A stretch of DNA of 64,000 nucleotides from Candidatus Poribacteria bacterium. GTDB taxonomy: Bacteria; Poribacteria; WGA-4E; GCA-2687025. The position numbers were made by a program, and so were the translations under genes. Positions within the stretch are counted from its first letter, which is position 1, and every line of letters begins with the position of its first letter. Where the stretch lies: contig OY762492.1 of NCBI GenBank assembly GCA_963665845.2, positions 1,408,001 through 1,472,000 on the forward strand. The letters are read 5' to 3'. This document shows positions 9,218 through 18,191 of this stretch, one piece after another. The notes under the pieces were generated by a model that saw only the letters and a program-made list of their open reading frames with translations, did no database searches and had not been told where the DNA came from.

Positions 9218-10447
9218 TCAAAGCGCCTTCATCAGCTCCTCAAAAGCGTTCAGCTTTGGAAGGATGATATGCGGCTCCGGGAGACGGTCTTGAACCGCCT
9301 CCAGCGTCTTGAGTCCATTGCCGGTGATCGAGACGACAACCGACTCGTTCGGCTGAATACGCCCGCTTTCGATCATCTTGATCGTCGCCGCGAGCGTCAC
9401 GCCGCCTGCCGTTTCGGTGAAGATTCCCTCCTCGCCCGCCAGCATCTGCATCGCTTGGACGATCTCATCGTCCGAGGCGTGCGCGCCGTATCCGCCGGTC
9501 GCGCGCGTCGTCTCAACGGCGTAAATGCCGTCCGCCGGGTTGCCGATGGCAAGCGACTTTGCAAGCGTGTTCGGGCGCACCGGCTTGACAAAATCGCCTC
9601 CATCCTTGATGGTCGTCACGATGGGACCGCACCCTTCCGCCTGGGCGGCATGTATCTTCGTCCGCGGCTTTTCGATCAGGTTCAGCCGATGAAATTCATC
9701 CAGCGCCTTGCGCACCTTGTTGATGAGCGAACCGCCCGCGCACGGCACAACGATATGATCGGGCGAGCGCCAGCCCAGCTGCTCAACGATCTCAAATCCG
9801 AACGTTTTGGAACCTTCGGCGTAGAAGGGACGGATGTTGATGTTCGCAAACGCCCATTTGTAAAGCCCGGCGATCTCGCTGCAAAGCCTGTTCACCTCGT
9901 CGTAGGAACCTTTGATGCCGACGACGCGCGGGTTGTAGATGGAGGTTCCCAGCACCTTGCCGATTTCCAGATCGGCGGGAATGAAGATGAACGCTTGAAG
10001 CCCCGCCCGCGCCGCATGCGCCGCCACCGAGTTCGCTAGATTGCCGGTCGATGCGCATGCGACCGTTTCAAAGCCGAACTCTTTCGCTTTAGACAACGCG
10101 ACCGAGACGACCCTGTCTTTAAAGGAGAGCGTCGGCGCGCAGACCGAGTCGTTTTTGATGTACAGCTCCTGAACGCCGATGCGCTTCGCAAGGTTTCGAG
10201 CGCGCAGAAGCGGCGTCCAGCCGGTGTCCATGCCGTCGGTCGGCTCGCCGTCTAGGGGCAGCAGATCGGCGTAACGCCACATGTTGCGCGGTCCCGCTTC
10301 GATGGCGCCGCGCGACGCCTTCTCGGCGATCGTCTCGTAATCGTAACTTGCCTCAAGCGGTCCGAAGCAAAGCTCGCAGACATGCAGAGGTTCTATCGGG
10401 TATGGCTCGCCGCATTCGCGGCATTTGAGTCCGTTGACATGTCCCAT
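9218..10447 (-). CDS. thrC: Threonine synthase-like PLP enzyme (N-terminal CxxC...CxxC type)
   Basis: PTLSFKDR PLP lysine, ACASTGN, EGSKT, ITGNGLK. Confidence 0.9.
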   Translation of the reverse strand: MGHVNGLKCRECGEPYPIEPLHVCELCFGPLEASYDYETIAEKASRGAIEAGPRNMWRYADLLPLDGEPTDGMDTGWTPLLRARNLAKRIGVQELYIKNDSVCAPTLSFKDRVVSVALSKAKEFGFETVACASTGNLANSVAAHAARAGLQAFIFIPADLEIGKVLGTSIYNPRVVGIKGSYDEVNRLCSEIAGLYKWAFANINIRPFYAEGSKTFGFEIVEQLGWRSPDHIVVPCAGGSLINKVRKALDEFHRLNLIEKPRTKIHAAQAEGCGPIVTTIKDGGDFVKPVRPNTLAKSLAIGNPADGIYAVETTRATGGYGAHASDDEIVQAMQMLAGEEGIFTETAGGVTLAATIKMIESGRIQPNESVVVSITGNGLKTLEAVQDRLPEPHIILPKLNAFEELMKAL

Positions 10448-10489
10448 ATTGGATGGCTCCCGTTGGATGCGTTCTGTCGATACCGATTT

Positions 10490-10579
10490 TCAGTTCCGAT
10501 GGCGCGGCATACGCGGGGCGGTCATGCGCATGCCGCTGGGCATTGCCATCCAATGGCGTCTCAAATGCATGCCTGTCAT
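10490..10579 (-). promoter_or_regulatory. Putative Met-rich leader peptide uORF / attenuator (MTGMHLRRHWMAMPSGMRMTAPRMPRHRN)
   Basis: 7 in-frame ATG codons in 29; GGAG 9 nt upstream; 10-bp complementarity to the spacer between the thrC SD and AUG. Confidence 0.6.
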
Positions 10580-10781
10580 CCGTTCTTGCTCCGCGGCAAT
10601 CTCTCCTTATATGCTGCCTCCATGGAGGGCGCATCGTCAAGCTGGCGTTCTGACCTTGTGTCATTAGTTGCAACGTGTCGGCATGCGAACGCGGACAGCG
10701 TCTACGACGCCTAAGATTCCCGCACGTTTTACCGCAAGGACAGGAATGACAGCATAAGACGCCGCCATGACGGTCAAGGCG

Positions 10782-11402
10782 TTATTCGATATACCCCTTG
10801 TTGATGAGCCGATCCGCGTCCGCGTCGTATGCATACAGCAGCGGGACGCCTGTGGGAATGTTCAGGTTCGGTATCTCCTCCGCCGAAATGCTGTCGATGC
10901 GCATCGCGAGCGAGCGGAGCGAATTGCCATGCGCCGCCACTAGAACGCTTTTGCCCGCCCGTATGTCCGGCAAAATATCGCTCTCCCAGTACGGCAGAAC
11001 GCGCGCCGCCGTGTCTTTCAGGCTCTCTCCGTTCGGCGGCGGCACATCAAAGCTTCGCCGCCAGATATGCACCTGCTCATCGCCGAATTTTTTTGCCGTC
11101 TCCGCCTTGTTGAGACCCTGCAGGTCGCCGTAATGCCGTTCGTTCAGCGCTTCGTTTTGGACGACCGGAACGCCCTCAATCCCAGCCGTTTTCAGCGCGA
11201 TCTCCATGGTCCGCACGGCGCGCTTTAGTACAGAGGTATAGACGCGGTCGAACGCATACGGTTTCAATTTCTCGCCCGCCTCTTTCGCTTCCTGCTCTCC
11301 TTTTGGGGAAAGGTCGACATCGACCCAGCCCGTGAACCGATTTTCAAGATTCCACTGCGATTCGCCGTGCCTCAATAGAATTAAGACGCCCATCGCGTTC
11401 AT
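10782..11402 (-). CDS. gpmA: 2,3-bisphosphoglycerate-dependent phosphoglycerate mutase
   Basis: [35 protein letters not shown]. Confidence 0.97.
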   Translation of the reverse strand: MNAMGVLILLRHGESQWNLENRFTGWVDVDLSPKGEQEAKEAGEKLKPYAFDRVYTSVLKRAVRTMEIALKTAGIEGVPVVQNEALNERHYGDLQGLNKAETAKKFGDEQVHIWRRSFDVPPPNGESLKDTAARVLPYWESDILPDIRAGKSVLVAAHGNSLRSLAMRIDSISAEEIPNLNIPTGVPLLYAYDADADRLINKGYIE

Positions 11403-12177
11403 TCTCCTTTTCTTTAGGGGTTGCGGATTGCCGTATTGCGTCGGCGATCTCTTTCAGCAGCGTCGGCGGCGCATTTTTTTCTAATGCGGTTCCGGTGACG
11501 ATAAAGTTGGCGCCGGCGCGCACCTTCGCCGCGGCCGTTTCAGGTTTATGAATTCCCCCGCCGACGATGATCGGCAGCTCAATATGCGCGCGGACGGCTT
11601 GAATCATCTTGTCCGGCACGGGCCGCTTCGCGCCGCTTCCGCCTTCAAGGTAAAGCGTCTGCATGCCGAGATACTGCGCCGCGAGCGCATGCGCGACCGC
11701 GATGTCATGCTTGTCGCGCGGTATCGGAAACGAACCGCTCATAAACTGAACCGAGGAATACGAACCGCTTTCAACAACAATATAACCTGTCGCGACAGTG
11801 TCCAGCCCGTATTGGCGGATAATCGGCGCGGCGCGCACATGTTCGCCGATGAGCAGGTCGGGGTTGCGCCCGCTGATGAGGCTCAAGAACAGAATCGCGT
11901 CCGCATGCGGCGAAAGCTGATTGGAGCCGCCGGGAAAAAGGATGACCGGCAGCTCGGAGCGCCGTTTGAGTTGAAGCGCCACCTGGTCAAGGCGGTCGCG
12001 CATGAGCAGGCTTCCGCCGACCAGAAAGGCGTCCACCCCCGCTTCCTGCGCCTCCTCGGCGATTTTGCCAATCTGCATGTCGGAGAGCGCGTCAGGGTCG
12101 GCGAGGGCGAAATAGCCCGCCCCGCGCGTCTGGACGATGCCGTTTAAAAAGTCAAGCGCGCGAATCGATGCGGACAT
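11344..12177 (-). CDS. Geranylgeranylglyceryl/heptaprenylglyceryl phosphate synthase (group II-like)
   Basis: [39 protein letters not shown]; start at MSASIRAL after GAGGAG. Confidence 0.9.
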   Translation of the reverse strand: MSASIRALDFLNGIVQTRGAGYFALADPDALSDMQIGKIAEEAQEAGVDAFLVGGSLLMRDRLDQVALQLKRRSELPVILFPGGSNQLSPHADAILFLSLISGRNPDLLIGEHVRAAPIIRQYGLDTVATGYIVVESGSYSSVQFMSGSFPIPRDKHDIAVAHALAAQYLGMQTLYLEGGSGAKRPVPDKMIQAVRAHIELPIIVGGGIHKPETAAAKVRAGANFIVTGTALEKNAPPTLLKEIADAIRQSATPKEKENERDGRLNSIEARRIAVES

Positions 12178-12184
12178 AGGCTCC

Positions 12185-14572
12185 TCAAGGCGTGGGTTGA
12201 ATGCCGTTAGTGTATCTGATTTGCGCGTCCGCTTCAAGAAGAGGCGGCATGTCCAAGAGCCATTGAACGCGCTCATGCCAGTCAATCATCGCGCGTCGCT
12301 CGGCGTCAAGGGGAGAAGCGTCCGCCGCGGACCGAAAAGCGCGCGACGCTTCATGCAGCCGATTCAGCCGATACAGGCAAAGGGCGCGCAGCCGAAGCGT
12401 TTCATACACAAACTCTTTGTCCTCTACTTTCCGCCCCGCCTCGTTCAGAAGGTTCAATGCCTCCCGCCATTCCCGCGCGTTGTACAGCGCCCGCCCAAGC
12501 AGATAGGCGCCGTATTGCCACTCCTTTTCCTTTATTCGCAGCTGTTGAAGGGCGTAGATGCGCAGGTCGGCGCGCCGTTCGCCCAGCCCGCGCCGCGCCC
12601 ATTCCTGACTTTCGCCGTCCAGATCCAGCGCGCTTAATTTAACGGCCGCCGATCGGTACAGGTCTGAACCTGGGGGGCGTTCCACGATCGCCGCAAACGA
12701 TTTGCGCGCCATTTCAGGCGCGTCTGTCCACCAGAAGGCGTCGCCAAACGTCAACATCGCCTCCATCAAGCCGTATATGCTTGCATTTTGTAATTGCGGC
12801 AGATCTCTAACCGACCGTTTCAGCCCCTCCCAGTCATGCGCCGCCCGCTGCGCCCGGAGAATTCGCCGCGCATGTTCAGGGTCGTTCGGCTCCATTTCCG
12901 CCAGTTTTCGGAAGACGCGCTCCGCTTTGGCGTAATTGCCCTGCGCGTAATGTTTCCATCCCTCCGCCCGCAGATTCGCTGAAACGTGCGGACAGGCGCG
13001 GTCAAAAACGCCCAGCCGCGACGAGATCCGCTGCGCCTGCACCCGCTGCTGAACATTGAGCGGAATCTCTATCAGAAAAAGGAGCCACTCCTTTTCCAGC
13101 GCGCTCAAGGAACGGTTGTACGCTTCTTTAAAGTCGCCGTCGGCGTAGGCGCGCCCGAACGCCTCAATCCCATGCTCCTCAATGAGCCAGCGCGAAAAAG
13201 AACCCGCCGCCGAATAGGAACGTCCGGACGGCGTCTGCCAAAAACCGATCGGCGACATGAGCGTCTCAAGGCGCGGCAGACGGTCATCCAGAAGCATGTC
13301 TTTCGCTTTCTGGTGCGGCGTCATACGGGCGTCGTCCCATGCGGCGGCTTCGGCGGCGCCTTCAATCAGCCCAACGGCGGGCGACAACTTGAAGATCGGT
13401 TGAAATTCCCCCGCGAACAGATGCGCCAGCTCATGTTTCAACGACCGATGCGGAAACGGATCATGCAGCAGATGTATTTCAAGGTTGAACGGATCCGCCA
13501 TATGCGCATTTTTGGAGCCTTGAAGCCGACGCTTCATCTCGCCGTCCGTGTAGATATAGGAGCGAATTTTGCTGTTCAGTTTAAAACCAAAAAACTTTCG
13601 CAGCTGCTCGTATCGATATTCATGGTCAAGCGCGATCTGTTCGATGTCGTTCCGTATGGAAGGTTGATCGTCGTAGCGGATGATGAAATGCTTGGTGTCG
13701 CGCCGCCCGCTCAAAGCCGCTTCGAGCGCCGCCCGCGTCGGACGCCAACCGATTTCGCTTCGGTAGATCCATCCGAGGGCAAGTCCGACGGCGCAGAACG
13801 CGAGCAGCGCCGCCGGCAGCCGCCGCTTCGGTTTGCCGTAAAAAAGGGCGCGCAGGGTGAGCCGCTGCCGTTGCGGGCTATGGAATGTCCATGCCGCTGT
13901 CAGAAAAGCGCATGCTGTCAAAAGAGCCATCGCGCGCGCCGCCAGAAGCGTCCCGCTGACCGCCATTTCATCGTCGTAGATGGCGCCTTGAACAAGCCCA
14001 AGCAGGCTGTGGTAGGCGAAAATAGGCGGATGAATCAACACATGCGCCGCCGCCGCGGCAAGCGACCCGACGACCCAGAGCGTCCATAACAGCGAGGCGC
14101 GCCGCAGCGATCCCGCCCATAACCCAAAAAAGACGCCCGCCGCTGAGCCGTACGTAACGCTCACAAGCGGAATGAGCGCGTAAAACATGAGGCCTGCAGC
14201 GTAATGGCAGTTGGGAACGCGCAGGGCGTTCAGCGAGATGATCGCAAACGGAATCGCGATGAGCGACGCGGAGAGGGTCCACGCGAGGCAGAAGACAGCG
14301 CCGACGCCTCGATGTCGGCGCAGGCGGCGCGTCAGGTCAGACGCGGCGGCGCCGAGATAACCGGACGCGAGTCCGGCGATTCCGCCTGCAACGATAGAAA
14401 ATTCATATCCGAGCGTATGAAACAGAGGCGCAAAGCAGAGAGCCGCCGCGCAAACCCCCGTCAGTACCGCCCAGACGCGAAAACGCCTCGACATCCAGAG
14501 ACGGCGCAGATCGGCTCCCCAAATGCCGAAGTCCCAAGTGATTTTCGGCTTACGCCCTATGCTCATGTTCAA
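12185..14572 (-). CDS. Multi-pass membrane protein with HExxH metallopeptidase-like domain and TPR repeats
   Basis: About 7 N-terminal hydrophobic helices, LKHELAH plus downstream LIEGAAE, C-terminal TPR-like helices. Confidence 0.7.
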   Translation of the reverse strand: MNMSIGRKPKITWDFGIWGADLRRLWMSRRFRVWAVLTGVCAAALCFAPLFHTLGYEFSIVAGGIAGLASGYLGAAASDLTRRLRRHRGVGAVFCLAWTLSASLIAIPFAIISLNALRVPNCHYAAGLMFYALIPLVSVTYGSAAGVFFGLWAGSLRRASLLWTLWVVGSLAAAAAHVLIHPPIFAYHSLLGLVQGAIYDDEMAVSGTLLAARAMALLTACAFLTAAWTFHSPQRQRLTLRALFYGKPKRRLPAALLAFCAVGLALGWIYRSEIGWRPTRAALEAALSGRRDTKHFIIRYDDQPSIRNDIEQIALDHEYRYEQLRKFFGFKLNSKIRSYIYTDGEMKRRLQGSKNAHMADPFNLEIHLLHDPFPHRSLKHELAHLFAGEFQPIFKLSPAVGLIEGAAEAAAWDDARMTPHQKAKDMLLDDRLPRLETLMSPIGFWQTPSGRSYSAAGSFSRWLIEEHGIEAFGRAYADGDFKEAYNRSLSALEKEWLLFLIEIPLNVQQRVQAQRISSRLGVFDRACPHVSANLRAEGWKHYAQGNYAKAERVFRKLAEMEPNDPEHARRILRAQRAAHDWEGLKRSVRDLPQLQNASIYGLMEAMLTFGDAFWWTDAPEMARKSFAAIVERPPGSDLYRSAAVKLSALDLDGESQEWARRGLGERRADLRIYALQQLRIKEKEWQYGAYLLGRALYNAREWREALNLLNEAGRKVEDKEFVYETLRLRALCLYRLNRLHEASRAFRSAADASPLDAERRAMIDWHERVQWLLDMPPLLEADAQIRYTNGIQPTP

Positions 14573-15018
14573 GAATGGGCGTCAACTTGAACGCGAACCC
14601 GCTTTGCCGCAACTGCGGCGCATCCGTAGAGCGGTCACCGCTCCTTGAAGGTTTTGACCAGCTCCGCCGCCTGCTCATCGGAAACGCCGTACAGATCAAA
14701 GCGCATGTCCAGCTCGGTGATGAGGGTGAGATCGTCCCTCGGCTGCTCTTCGGGTATGACAAGGGCGGAGGTCTCCACTTCGGCTTGGCGCAGCGCGTAC
14801 CCCGCCGCTTTAGCGAGCCGCTCCACCATGAGCGCCGCGCAGCTGGCGACGCCCGCCAAAAACGCCTCGGTCGGATGAATCGCCTCCTGCGGTCCGGCGG
14901 CGTACGCCGGACCGTCCACCACAAAGTGGCGTTTCCGCGCCGTTACGATGCAGCGCTGAAAGGTCTGCGTCAGGTACGCTTTGACGGTTGTCGGCGGTCG
15001 TTTGATCTGCGCGCTCAT
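14569..15018 (-). CDS. OsmC-family protein, probable selenoprotein (in-frame UGA at 14635-14637)
   Basis: P.EAFLAGVASC OsmC motif; UGA falls at the second redox Cys position (KER-U-PLY); read-through ends at TGA 14569-14571 overlapping the next TTG start; SECIS-like hairpin follows the UGA. Confidence 0.82.
14599..14634 (-). promoter_or_regulatory. Putative bacterial SECIS element
   Basis: CCGCT...GCCGC-AGTT-GCGGC..AGCGG immediately 3' of the UGA; G at second loop position about 20 nt from the UGA. Confidence 0.65.
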
Positions 15019-15109
15019 CGTCTTCTCCTCTTACGTTTGCTGAAGTATAGCGCGCTCCCTCCCATATGTCATGGCGGCGCCGTCAGGTACTGCCGCATCG
15101 CGCCCAGCC

Positions 15110-15138
15110 TTGACATTCCGCCGCTGACAGCGTATAAA
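15110..15138 (+). promoter_or_regulatory. sigma70-type promoter, probably giving a leaderless mRNA
   Basis: TTGACA-17 nt-TATAAA; ATG at 15146 follows 7 nt after the -10 box. Confidence 0.7.
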
Positions 15139-15145
15139 GTACGCG

Positions 15146-15553
15146 ATGCCTTTTGAAACGCTGACCGACAAAGAAAAACGGATCGCCTTTGCCTGCCTGT
15201 GCGCATGCGTGAAGGGTCCGTTTGTCGATCATTCTGTCCAGATGCGCGTCTTAACAGGCATGTGCTATGACATGAAGTTCGCACACATCAGCCAAGACGT
15301 CTACTTGAAGGCGATTGAGCAATGGCCGGCGCCGAAGGGGGAGGGCGCCGATCAAGCGGTCTACAATTCGCTGATGGTCGCCGCCCATGGAACATCGCCC
15401 CCATCGGGCATGTTAGAAGAGGACTGGAAACGATATTTCCCGCGCATCTCGGACGCCGACTGGGGCGCATGGTTCAGCGTCAACAGAGACGCGGTCATGC
15501 GGCTGTATGAAAAATGGCGCGGGCTGCTGGAAGCAAACGAAACGGAAACATAA
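15146..15553 (+). CDS. Hypothetical protein
   Basis: 135-aa ORF with protein-like composition behind a near-consensus promoter. Confidence 0.7.
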   Translation: MPFETLTDKEKRIAFACLCACVKGPFVDHSVQMRVLTGMCYDMKFAHISQDVYLKAIEQWPAPKGEGADQAVYNSLMVAAHGTSPPSGMLEEDWKRYFPRISDADWGAWFSVNRDAVMRLYEKWRGLLEANETET

Positions 15554-15602
15554 ACGAAAGGAGACAAGACGATATGCATGAGCAGCAGGGCGCGGAGACC
15601 CG

Positions 15603-16631
15603 ATGATCGATTCCGCCGCTAAGGAGGTTTTGTCCAAACTTGGCCGCATCAAGGAAAAGGGCCGCGTTCTCGAATTTGAAAACCCGTACGAGATCGCGCT
15701 GCAAGCGCATCGCTTTGAGTGGACGCTTCGATTTGAAAGCCTGAACGGCATGGGCGTCATGTCCATAACGGCGCTAGAGCCTGAACGCCGCGCTCAAAAC
15801 ACGGAACGGCCGCCCCTCGGGTTTGAACCAGCCGAGTGGGCTGAAAGGAGAATAAGCGAGATTGCAGAAACGGGCGGGCGTATGCTTCTAGCTCCGTCGT
15901 CGTTTAAAGCCCCGGTTGGGCCGCGGCCCGTCATGAGGCGGCTCATCGCGCTCGCCGACTTCCTGGAGAACCATGCGGCTCAATTGATAGTCGAGCCGTG
16001 GCACTCCGACATCTTCTCCTTTGCGTACAATGCTCCAGATTCAGACTTGGGCTTCAGAGTTCGCGCGTCGCACAGTTTGGGCGTTGTAAAGCCGACGGAG
16101 GGATGTTTTGAAATCGAAATCCAGTCGCTTCTGTCGACCAACTTCGATCCGCTTTATATCAGTGTCGGCGGGCGCGTCAATGTCAGCGAATGCGCCGCGT
16201 TTGTAAAAGAGCTGCGCGCTTTTGTTGAAGCATGTTCCGCCATTCGTTTGGCGCTCTATGTCGCGCGGTTTAAACAACAGTATCCAGGAAAACGACCCTC
16301 CGATCTAGACAAAGAGCAGGAAGAACGGTTGAGGCAATGGGCGCGGGAGGAAATTCGAAAAAACGGAAAGCTTCCGCAGCATTGGACGCTTCCGCACCGT
16401 TGGACTTGGTTGAAGAGCCTTTGCAGGGTTTGGTATAAGGTACGCTTTCCACGCTCACACTTGATACGCCCTTGGAGTTCGGTACAACCATGGGCGAATT
16501 CGATCATCCGCTCCGAAATGGGCGAGGATGTGCAGGTCGTCTCTCCGCCAACCAATATCGACGACGCGGAGTTTCTTGGCGGCGGCGTCCTTCCAGAAAT
16601 CGAGTTGGAACCTGAACCGAAAAAGAAATGA
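15603..16631 (+). CDS. Hypothetical protein
   Basis: 342-aa ORF with GGAG upstream; no recognisable motif. Confidence 0.7.
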   Translation: MIDSAAKEVLSKLGRIKEKGRVLEFENPYEIALQAHRFEWTLRFESLNGMGVMSITALEPERRAQNTERPPLGFEPAEWAERRISEIAETGGRMLLAPSSFKAPVGPRPVMRRLIALADFLENHAAQLIVEPWHSDIFSFAYNAPDSDLGFRVRASHSLGVVKPTEGCFEIEIQSLLSTNFDPLYISVGGRVNVSECAAFVKELRAFVEACSAIRLALYVARFKQQYPGKRPSDLDKEQEERLRQWAREEIRKNGKLPQHWTLPHRWTWLKSLCRVWYKVRFPRSHLIRPWSSVQPWANSIIRSEMGEDVQVVSPPTNIDDAEFLGGGVLPEIELEPEPKKK

Positions 16632-16666
16632 GAGCGATGGAGATAGGCGAATAAAAGCCGCTCTGC

Positions 16667-17494
16667 CTAAAAGATGTCCGCCGGCGACGGCGGAACAATC
16701 CCGCGCCGTTCCGCTTCTTTAAAAAGCCGGCGGATGGCGTCTTCGCCTTCGCCGCCGTAGTCCAGGCTAAACTCGTTCACGTACAGCTCAATATGGGCGC
16801 GCATCGCCTCGTTGTCCATCTCCTGCGCATGCGCCCGCACCGTCTCCCAGACGGAGGCTTCATCCCGCCGCGCATGTTCGAGACTCGCCCGTATCGTCTT
16901 TTCAACAAGCCGCCGCCGCTCTTCGCCCAAACGGCGGCGCATCGCAATCCCGCCCAGCGGTATCGGCAACCCTGTTTCGCCCGTCCACCATTCGCCTAGA
17001 TCCACCGCCTGCCGCAGCCCGTAAGACGGGTAGGTGAAACGGCTCTCATGAATAATCAATCCCGCGTCGACAACCTTGTCCCTCACCGCCGACATAATCT
17101 GATCAAACGGCATGACAATAAAATCGGACAGCGGCGGCTCAAACAGACGCAGCAGCAGCAGCGCCGTCGTCCGCATCCCAGGAACCGCAATCGACTTTCC
17201 GTTCAGCTCCCGCGCGCCAATCCGCTCCCGCGTCACAACAAGCGGCCCGCAACCCCGCCCTAAAGCTCCTCCTGAACGCAGCAGCGCATACTCTTCCCGC
17301 AGATACGCCATCGCATGGAACGACGCCTTCACAATGTCCAGCTCGCCGTTCAGCGCCATGCGGTTCAGAACGGCGATGTCCTCATAAACGACCTGAACGG
17401 CGGGCGCGTCCGGCAGCAAGCCCTCCGTCCATGCCGTAAATATATAGGTGTCGTTTGGACATGGCGAATAGCCGAGCGTCAGCGGTTTATTCAT
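16667..17494 (-). CDS. mqnD: 1,4-dihydroxy-6-naphthoate synthase
   Basis: GYSPCPNDT, GALGRGCGP, IIHESRFTY, LPIPLGG, HIELYVNEF. Confidence 0.95.
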   Translation of the reverse strand: MNKPLTLGYSPCPNDTYIFTAWTEGLLPDAPAVQVVYEDIAVLNRMALNGELDIVKASFHAMAYLREEYALLRSGGALGRGCGPLVVTRERIGARELNGKSIAVPGMRTTALLLLRLFEPPLSDFIVMPFDQIMSAVRDKVVDAGLIIHESRFTYPSYGLRQAVDLGEWWTGETGLPIPLGGIAMRRRLGEERRRLVEKTIRASLEHARRDEASVWETVRAHAQEMDNEAMRAHIELYVNEFSLDYGGEGEDAIRRLFKEAERRGIVPPSPADIF

Positions 17495-18191
17495 CCAAAG
17501 CTCCTTTTGATACGGCGTCTACGACGGCGCGCCCGGCGGCTAAAACCGCCTCTTTGACCCGCCAGCGCGACCGATCGCGATTCTCAATTAGGTTGCTGAC
17601 AGCGCGCAGCTCCACAAACGGCAACCCGTATGCCGCGCATACATGCGCCGCCGCCGCCCCCTCCATATTTTCGCATACGGCTCCAAAACGTTCATACAGC
17701 TCCGCCGCCCGCGCCGCCGTTCCTGTACAGGTTGAAACCGTTAAAAACGCGCCGACCGATCCGCCGCATGCCGACGCGACCCGCTCCGCTCTCTCCAGAT
17801 CCAGCGGAAAGCGGTTGTAAAGCGGCGCGGCGCCTGAAACGGTCGGGAAACCGATCGCCTCCATCGACAGCCATCCGTCTGGAGACTCGGCGCCTAGATC
17901 GCCGTATATCTCCTCCGACGCGACCGCGGCGTCTCCAACGGCAAGCCCCGACGGAACATACGCCCCCCCGATTCCAAATTGCGCAACGATGCGGGGCATA
18001 TCCCGTTCCGCCTCCCGCGTCAGCGTATGCGCCGCATTGACCGGTCCGACGCCTGTCGTCAGTAACCTGCAGCGGCGCCCGGCAATCTTCCCGCTCCGTC
18101 CGTTTCCCTCCGATAACACGCGCGTCATCTGCGTCAACACAGGGCGGCATTCCGCTTCAGTCGCCGCCAGCAGCAGAATACCGCCGCTCAC
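17487..18191 (-). CDS. mqnB: Futalosine hydrolase
   Basis: PNP/MTAN fold: TGVGPVNAA, TVSTCTG, ENMEGAA, ELRAVSN; adjacent to mqnD. Confidence 0.92.
   Translation of the reverse strand: MSGGILLLAATEAECRPVLTQMTRVLSEGNGRSGKIAGRRCRLLTTGVGPVNAAHTLTREAERDMPRIVAQFGIGGAYVPSGLAVGDAAVASEEIYGDLGAESPDGWLSMEAIGFPTVSGAAPLYNRFPLDLERAERVASACGGSVGAFLTVSTCTGTAARAAELYERFGAVCENMEGAAAAHVCAAYGLPFVELRAVSNLIENRDRSRWRVKEAVLAAGRAVVDAVSKGALDE

Noticed and set aside
10450-10650. SAM riboswitch or T-box upstream of thrC
   Set aside because: No recognisable SAM-I/IV core or T-box motif by eye; the uORF-helix model fits better. An Rfam scan is still advisable
11344-11402. 59-nt overlap of GGGP synthase and gpmA as a recoding signal
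   Set aside because: The GGGPS tail lies beyond the conserved barrel; simple stop-codon drift explains it
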